Below, one piece after another: positions 59,102-64,000 of a DNA stretch of 64,000 nt (position 1 is the stretch's first letter; each line of letters starts with the position of its first letter). The notes beneath the pieces are model-generated. The model was not told where the DNA came from and did not search any database. It was given only the letters and a program-made list of their open reading frames with translations. Where the stretch lies: assembly GCA_000165345.1 (NCBI GenBank), contig CM000435.1:416001-480000 (forward strand). The letters run 5' to 3'. Position numbers and translations under genes: made by a program.

Positions 59102-61558
59102 TTAAAATGTGGAAATTGTGCCTCCAAGAGTAGGGAAGCACTTTTCGTCGAATTTAAGTGATTCTGGGGCGGAAATCTTGTTCGAATGAGGTCCACTTTG
59201 TTCGCTGCATGTCGTGGTGTTTGAATTTGAAAGAGAGTTTGAAAGAATTTCACTTATTAGATTTCTAGCAATAGTGCATTGTTCTTCCGTACCCTGGAGA
59301 ACTACATGGCTGGAATTTTTTGGTACGTTGATTGATTCACAATTAGCTTTGCTCCTGATTTCGTTAAGTACACTTCCCTTTGTTCCTATGATTAGTCCCA
59401 TCTTTCCACTTGGAATTTCTATAATTTCTTTGGTTTCATTTGAAGAACTTTCCAAAGTCTGTCGGTTAAATTCTAAGAACTTTTCTTTAAGTTTCAAAAC
59501 TTCTTCCTTTGATCCAAGGAGTGAAATCGAATTCCTCTTTTTCTCTGCCTGAATAACTTGTACATTTGGGAAATTAGAAGTAAGCTTCCTCAGGTGTGAT
59601 CGTTGACTACCATAAAGCTTGTCATATGTGCAAGAATCAAGCTCCAAAGTCTCTAGATGTGCTTCTTTTGTTAGTACTTCATCAATTAAAGTTTCAGCTT
59701 TAGCTTTAGCTTGTTCAGATCCCAAAACCTCAATTACAACACTACGTCCCTCTTGCCTCTTATGAGTTGAAATTTCTACGCAAGCTTCCTTCTCGACCTT
59801 CTCACGTCTTGAATGGTTAAGAACTCTTAGTTGATCTCTATGAATTGTCTTAGTAAGTGGAGTGTATTGAGCTCTCTCCAAAAGATCTAGTAGATTTGGC
59901 TTGGCCTTTTTAATCTCGGAGGCCGGTCCAACTAGTACAACGGAGGAGCCGATTCTAACAATTCCCATCTTGTTAGAATCCCTTAATTTTGAGAATTCAT
60001 CCAATATGCTCCTAGAGATTCTCGCATTTGAGTCGTCCGATGAATACTTACCAGGCGGACTGAACAACTTCCTTACTGCCTTGCTATCAGCTTGGATACT
60101 CTCTACTTCAAGACCCTTGATCAAATTAGAGAGCTTATTCTTGGCAACTTCACATTTATCAGGCTTTCCAAAGATCAAAATCTTGCTGTCATGTTGAGAA
60201 TCTGAAATGTCTGCCAAGCTTGATACCTCTCTAGACTTACCTCCAAATTGAATGCGAACGCTGGTTTCAGTCTCTTTCTCAATAGAACGTACGGTGGGGA
60301 GGAAGTTGAATTGTAAAGCTTTAGCAATGATTAGTGAAACAGAAATTGAGACAGTGTTACTTGAAATATCAGAGTTCTTGTTGATTATTTCAACTGCAGC
60401 CTTCGTGGATTCTGGTGAACCTAAAATAGTCAATGAATTCTCCATACGATTGATGATAATAGAGAGCTCATCCTGTAATGACTTCAAGTTAATATTCCCT
60501 GTCATCGAGTAAAGCTTCTTAATAACACGTGGATCTAATGAAATTGTTTCCTGAGAGCTGAAGTCTAATTGACGAATGCTTTCCCAGCAACTCTCAATAT
60601 CTTTCAGTAACCCTGTAATCTGTACCGAGTTACCAGTCGACTTCTCAACCAAAGCCCCAAACTTCTTCTCTAAGTTCTTGGCCATCTTAGCACTGGAGCC
60701 GAACAATACATCCAATAGATTACCTTTATTGTTTGGAAGTTCAAATATTTTTGTTTCAACAGAGTCGTTGTCAATTGAAGAATCCTGTTTCAAACCCTTA
60801 ACTCTATTTACCAGCCTCTTTTGCTTGTTACTATCTGCTGCCGCCTGCGAAAGTTCCTTGTTAATAGATAGCTTACGTTCTATTCTAGTTCTCAGCTCAT
60901 TACATTGGTTCTGGAAGTTGCGGTAGTTCTCATAGAGTGAGGCTACCACTAACAACTCCTTCAAGTGCTGGTAAAATTCTTCGTCATAACCTTCCTCATC
61001 CTTGGATGCAAGCTCGAAGTCACGGAGCTGCTCACAAATGGTGTTTACACTAAGGTGCTTTGGTGGCTTCTTCAAGTTAGAGGACTCTTTAGACAAAGTT
61101 TCAGAGATATTTGACAAAAGCCTGTTCAATTCACGTTCCTGTTCTCCCTTTTTACTCAAAACCTCCTCTATTGGTAAAACTGAAAGATCCAACATGCCAC
61201 GTAAACTAGAGTTAATTTTGGAAAGGAATTCCGATCTTGTCTTGGACATTGGGTCATTTGGTAGCATTGCCTCGATCTCTTTCTTAGTTAGTGGTTTTCT
61301 TTGTTTTCCAGCTCCCTGGCCCTCTTGGGAGTTTGAATCCATATTCTTCTTTTTCAATCTCCTCTTTAGATTTTTCTTTTGGGTTGCAGATAATCCAGAA
61401 AAATCTACAACTGCTGGAGTTTCCTCAATTACTTGAGGCTCTTCAATCTTCTCCTCTTGCTTATGTTTCTGCTCAACATTAGTCTTACCATTTGAAGGCG
61501 ACTTTTGCTTGCCCTTCCCTGAAGTCCCTTTACCTTGATTTGGTCTCTTTTTTGCCAT
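59102..61558 (-). CDS. Multi-KH-domain RNA-binding protein (vigilin/Scp160-like), with a Lys-rich N-terminus.
   Basis: Several KH-like units carry GxxG loops (IIEIPSGKMGLIIGTKGSVLNEIRSKANCESINVPK; VRIQFGGKSREVS; ILIFGKPDKCEVAKNKL). The N-terminal 100 aa are K/E-rich. 818 aa. Confidence 0.4.
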   Translation of the reverse strand: MAKKRPNQGKGTSGKGKQKSPSNGKTNVEQKHKQEEKIEEPQVIEETPAVVDFSGLSATQKKNLKRRLKKKNMDSNSQEGQGAGKQRKPLTKKEIEAMLPNDPMSKTRSEFLSKINSSLRGMLDLSVLPIEEVLSKKGEQERELNRLLSNISETLSKESSNLKKPPKHLSVNTICEQLRDFELASKDEEGYDEEFYQHLKELLVVASLYENYRNFQNQCNELRTRIERKLSINKELSQAAADSNKQKRLVNRVKGLKQDSSIDNDSVETKIFELPNNKGNLLDVLFGSSAKMAKNLEKKFGALVEKSTGNSVQITGLLKDIESCWESIRQLDFSSQETISLDPRVIKKLYSMTGNINLKSLQDELSIIINRMENSLTILGSPESTKAAVEIINKNSDISSNTVSISVSLIIAKALQFNFLPTVRSIEKETETSVRIQFGGKSREVSSLADISDSQHDSKILIFGKPDKCEVAKNKLSNLIKGLEVESIQADSKAVRKLFSPPGKYSSDDSNARISRSILDEFSKLRDSNKMGIVRIGSSVVLVGPASEIKKAKPNLLDLLERAQYTPLTKTIHRDQLRVLNHSRREKVEKEACVEISTHKRQEGRSVVIEVLGSEQAKAKAETLIDEVLTKEAHLETLELDSCTYDKLYGSQRSHLRKLTSNFPNVQVIQAEKKRNSISLLGSKEEVLKLKEKFLEFNRQTLESSSNETKEIIEIPSGKMGLIIGTKGSVLNEIRSKANCESINVPKNSSHVVLQGTEEQCTIARNLISEILSNSLSNSNTTTCSEQSGPHSNKISAPESLKFDEKCFPTLGGTISTF

Positions 61559-62352
61559 TTCGATTCCGATTTACAGTATATTACGTTGCCGAATAGATAT
61601 ATATATCTATTGAATTACTATTCCCCAACAAAAGCCAAAAATGTATATTTTTGGTGGTACTATTAAAAAATTCGTGTCTGCTCCCTATCGCTTCAAACCC
61701 AATCCAATTTAATTTACCCCTCACTCTTTACAGCCTCACAAGAAGTCGTGAAGCGCAAAAACTTTAATCAATTGACTTTATTATTAGTGTCTACTGATTC
61801 GAGTTATAATTGATATATCTCAAGTGGGGTCTCGGATGGCGGGAACCAAATATCTTTTTTAATTATACGGATAGTATTGTCTGTTATTTATTCAGAAATT
61901 CAGATTACAAACCTTTGTAATGAGTTCTAACAATCATTATGGGTATTGCAATTCATAAACCGATTGTTCTATAGCCAGGCTTTTAAAATTGTGTATGAAT
62001 AACGCTTACATGTTACATTTAGGTACATTTTTATTAATTTTTCTCGAATAATTTTCGAATCCAAAAAAAAAAAGGAATCATACTATACTTGAAAGAATTT
62101 TTGGTTTTAGTTGATGTCTCTGCAGGGATTAGATTTGTCAGAGAAACTTTCATTCTATGCCAAAGATCATATTAGAAATATGCTTGATACTTTACTATTT
62201 TAAATTCGACCTCTTCATCAAGGACACCGATTGGCATAACAAAGTGGGTTTTGGCGCCAACCAAATAATAATATCAGTCGAGATTGAATTCATTTTTCAT
62301 TCATTAGAAATTAATTTCAAAAAAGAAATTCTTAGTAAATAAACTTTAAATT

Positions 62353-64000
62353 ATGTCTAACTCTGAAAAGAATACTTCCAATATCCGGACTTGTTCTTCG
62401 GTATTTGCTGAAGATGAGAAAAAGAATGTCTCAAATACATTTTCCACAATTACGAACAAAGCGACCTCATTAACAAAGAGTATATTTTCTATCTTTAGGT
62501 TGTGTTCCCCTTTCAAAACAGATGCGAGCTTGGGACGGCCAAAGGTTCTCATCTTAGGTACTGGGTGGGGATTTATGAAATTGGCCAAAGGCTTAGACGT
62601 AAATTCCAACGATATTAAAGTAATAAGTCCAAACAAGTACTTCTGCTTTACTCCTCTACTTACACAGATTGTCTCAAATAGACTTCCAAGAGAAGTTTGT
62701 GAAATCCCTATAAATGAACTCACTTATAGAGGGAACAAGGAGGTGATAAAGTATATCCAAGGGTTGGCCTTAGATATTGATAAAGAGAACAAAGAAGTTA
62801 TATACTTCGACTCTGAAAAGAAAAAACAGGAAAGGATTCCCTATGATTATCTGATTATTAATGTTGGAAATGAAGACTCAAACATTGTTCCTGGTATCAA
62901 GGAATACGCATTATACTTGAGGAATGTTGAAGACTCAATAAAGATGAGAGATGCGGTTGTCAATTGCATTAAAGAAGTTAACGCAAATTGGGACAAAATG
63001 AGCGACGATGAAAAACGCAAGAAACTCACATTTATTGTTGCTGGAGGAGGACCCACAGGAGTAGAGGTTTCAGGTGCTTTTGCTGAGTTGACCAAAAACT
63101 TCCTTTCCAAAAATGAATACAAGAAACTGGCTCCGTTTATTAATATTAAGATCATTGAAATGGCAAACAAGCTATTGCCAACAGCTGGTGATAAAGTTTC
63201 GGGATACACAAAATACGTACTTAGCTCATTGGCAGGAATAGAGGTCTTGCTGGAGACTAAATTGAAGAGCGTGTCCAAAGATTATGTGGTTATTCAGAAA
63301 GAGGGAGGAGATGAAGAGTTAGTTCCATATGGAGTTTTTGTTTGGGCCAGTGGAGCCTCTCCAAACTCATTAACAAAGCAAATTTGTGATAAAGTAGAGG
63401 AGCAATCTTTCTTTAAAAAGGCTATTGTGGTTGATGAGAGACTTCAAGTTCATGGAATTCCTAATGCATACGCACTTGGAGATTGCGCTTTAGTTAGACC
63501 ACGAAAGTTAGCAGAGAGATCAAAGGAAATTTACCAAAATGCTCTAAAGTCGTCCTTCGGTCCTACTGTCAAATACCTTAGAGATAACTTTTCAATTAAA
63601 GCTTTCCCCCAAATGTTTAACTTATCAAAGGTCGCAGATCTCCCTAAGAACGAGGAAATTCTCACGGAAGAAGACTTCAAGAATTTACTTGAAAAGCTTG
63701 ATTCTATGTACCACTCCCCACCACCTACAGCCCAGGGTGCATCTCAACAAGGAGAATATCTTGTAAAGTTGTTCAATGATTATCCATCAGATAAAGAAAA
63801 GCAAGAATGTCCAGCTTTCATATACTACTGGAATGGCTCTACATGCTATATTTATGATGACAACATTGCATTCTACACGCCATTTGGAAGTATGCTAGGT
63901 GGAATCCACACCAAGTATATCTGGCGATTAGCATATACTACTTTGAACCCAAGTTCAAGATCCCGCAGTTTACTTTCAAAGAATTGGTTTAATCCATTTG
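62353..64000 (+). CDS. NDH2: Type II NADH:quinone oxidoreductase (NDH2)/AIF-family flavoprotein; 5' part, continues beyond the window end.
   Basis: ATG at 62353. First Rossmann fold PKVLILGTGWGFMKLAKGLD...KVISPNKYFCFTPLL. Second dinucleotide fold TFIVAGGGPTGVEVSGAFAEL. Then VWASGAS...NAYALGDCA. The frame is open to 64000, so it is absent from the ORF track. Confidence 0.7.
   Translation, partial: MSNSEKNTSNIRTCSSVFAEDEKKNVSNTFSTITNKATSLTKSIFSIFRLCSPFKTDASLGRPKVLILGTGWGFMKLAKGLDVNSNDIKVISPNKYFCFTPLLTQIVSNRLPREVCEIPINELTYRGNKEVIKYIQGLALDIDKENKEVIYFDSEKKKQERIPYDYLIINVGNEDSNIVPGIKEYALYLRNVEDSIKMRDAVVNCIKEVNANWDKMSDDEKRKKLTFIVAGGGPTGVEVSGAFAELTKNFLSKNEYKKLAPFINIKIIEMANKLLPTAGDKVSGYTKYVLSSLAGIEVLLETKLKSVSKDYVVIQKEGGDEELVPYGVFVWASGASPNSLTKQICDKVEEQSFFKKAIVVDERLQVHGIPNAYALGDCALVRPRKLAERSKEIYQNALKSSFGPTVKYLRDNFSIKAFPQMFNLSKVADLPKNEEILTEEDFKNLLEKLDSMYHSPPPTAQGASQQGEYLVKLFNDYPSDKEKQECPAFIYYWNGSTCYIYDDNIAFYTPFGSMLGGIHTKYIWRLAYTTLNPSSRSRSLLSKNWFNPF

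Overview
The window is gene-dense eukaryotic nuclear DNA, AT-rich (visually about 30% GC), with roughly 30 protein-coding genes on both strands. It is not a prokaryotic locus. There are no operons, RBS-linked gene strings, CRISPR arrays, toxin/antitoxin-like pairs or recognisable mobile elements. Gene content and non-coding motifs point to an apicomplexan, most consistent with a Cryptosporidium-like genome. The supporting signals are: (i) a CDPK with an N-terminal CBM20 starch-binding module, an LCCL-domain multi-adhesive protein of the CCp/LAP family, and a COWP-type Cys-repeat wall protein; (ii) recurrent palindromic TGCATGCA boxes, and GC-rich E2F-type boxes (GGCGGGAAA or TTTGGCGCC) confined to intergenic 5' regions; (iii) mostly intronless genes plus a minority with short GTAAGT...AG introns of 53-310 nt. 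Housekeeping genes recognised by conserved motifs are listed in the features: SRP54 (partial, left edge), a KDEL receptor, exportin-7, Rab7, Rad51/DMC1, prefoldin-1, histone H2B, ThrRS, endonuclease III, an ING-type PHD protein, SLU7, a P4-ATPase flippase, an exportin-T/5-like protein, an ARID protein, ALG1, TRAPP Bet3, UDP-sugar pyrophosphorylase, SMC4, a p24/TMED protein, RPL44e, a multi-KH protein and NDH2 (partial, right edge). No rRNA, tRNA, CRISPR or transposon was recognised by eye. I see no candidate for a novel prokaryote-style system. The most interesting items are the CBM20-CDPK with its palindromic E2F box, the sexual-stage/wall-type gene neighbourhood (CCp, COWP-like, CBM20-CDPK), a SAXO/SPM1-like 32-33 aa repeat protein, two unexpectedly intron-rich small genes, and several uncharacterised multi-exon ORFs. 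All coordinates and splice models were derived by hand from the sequence and should be confirmed with RNA-seq or homology searches.
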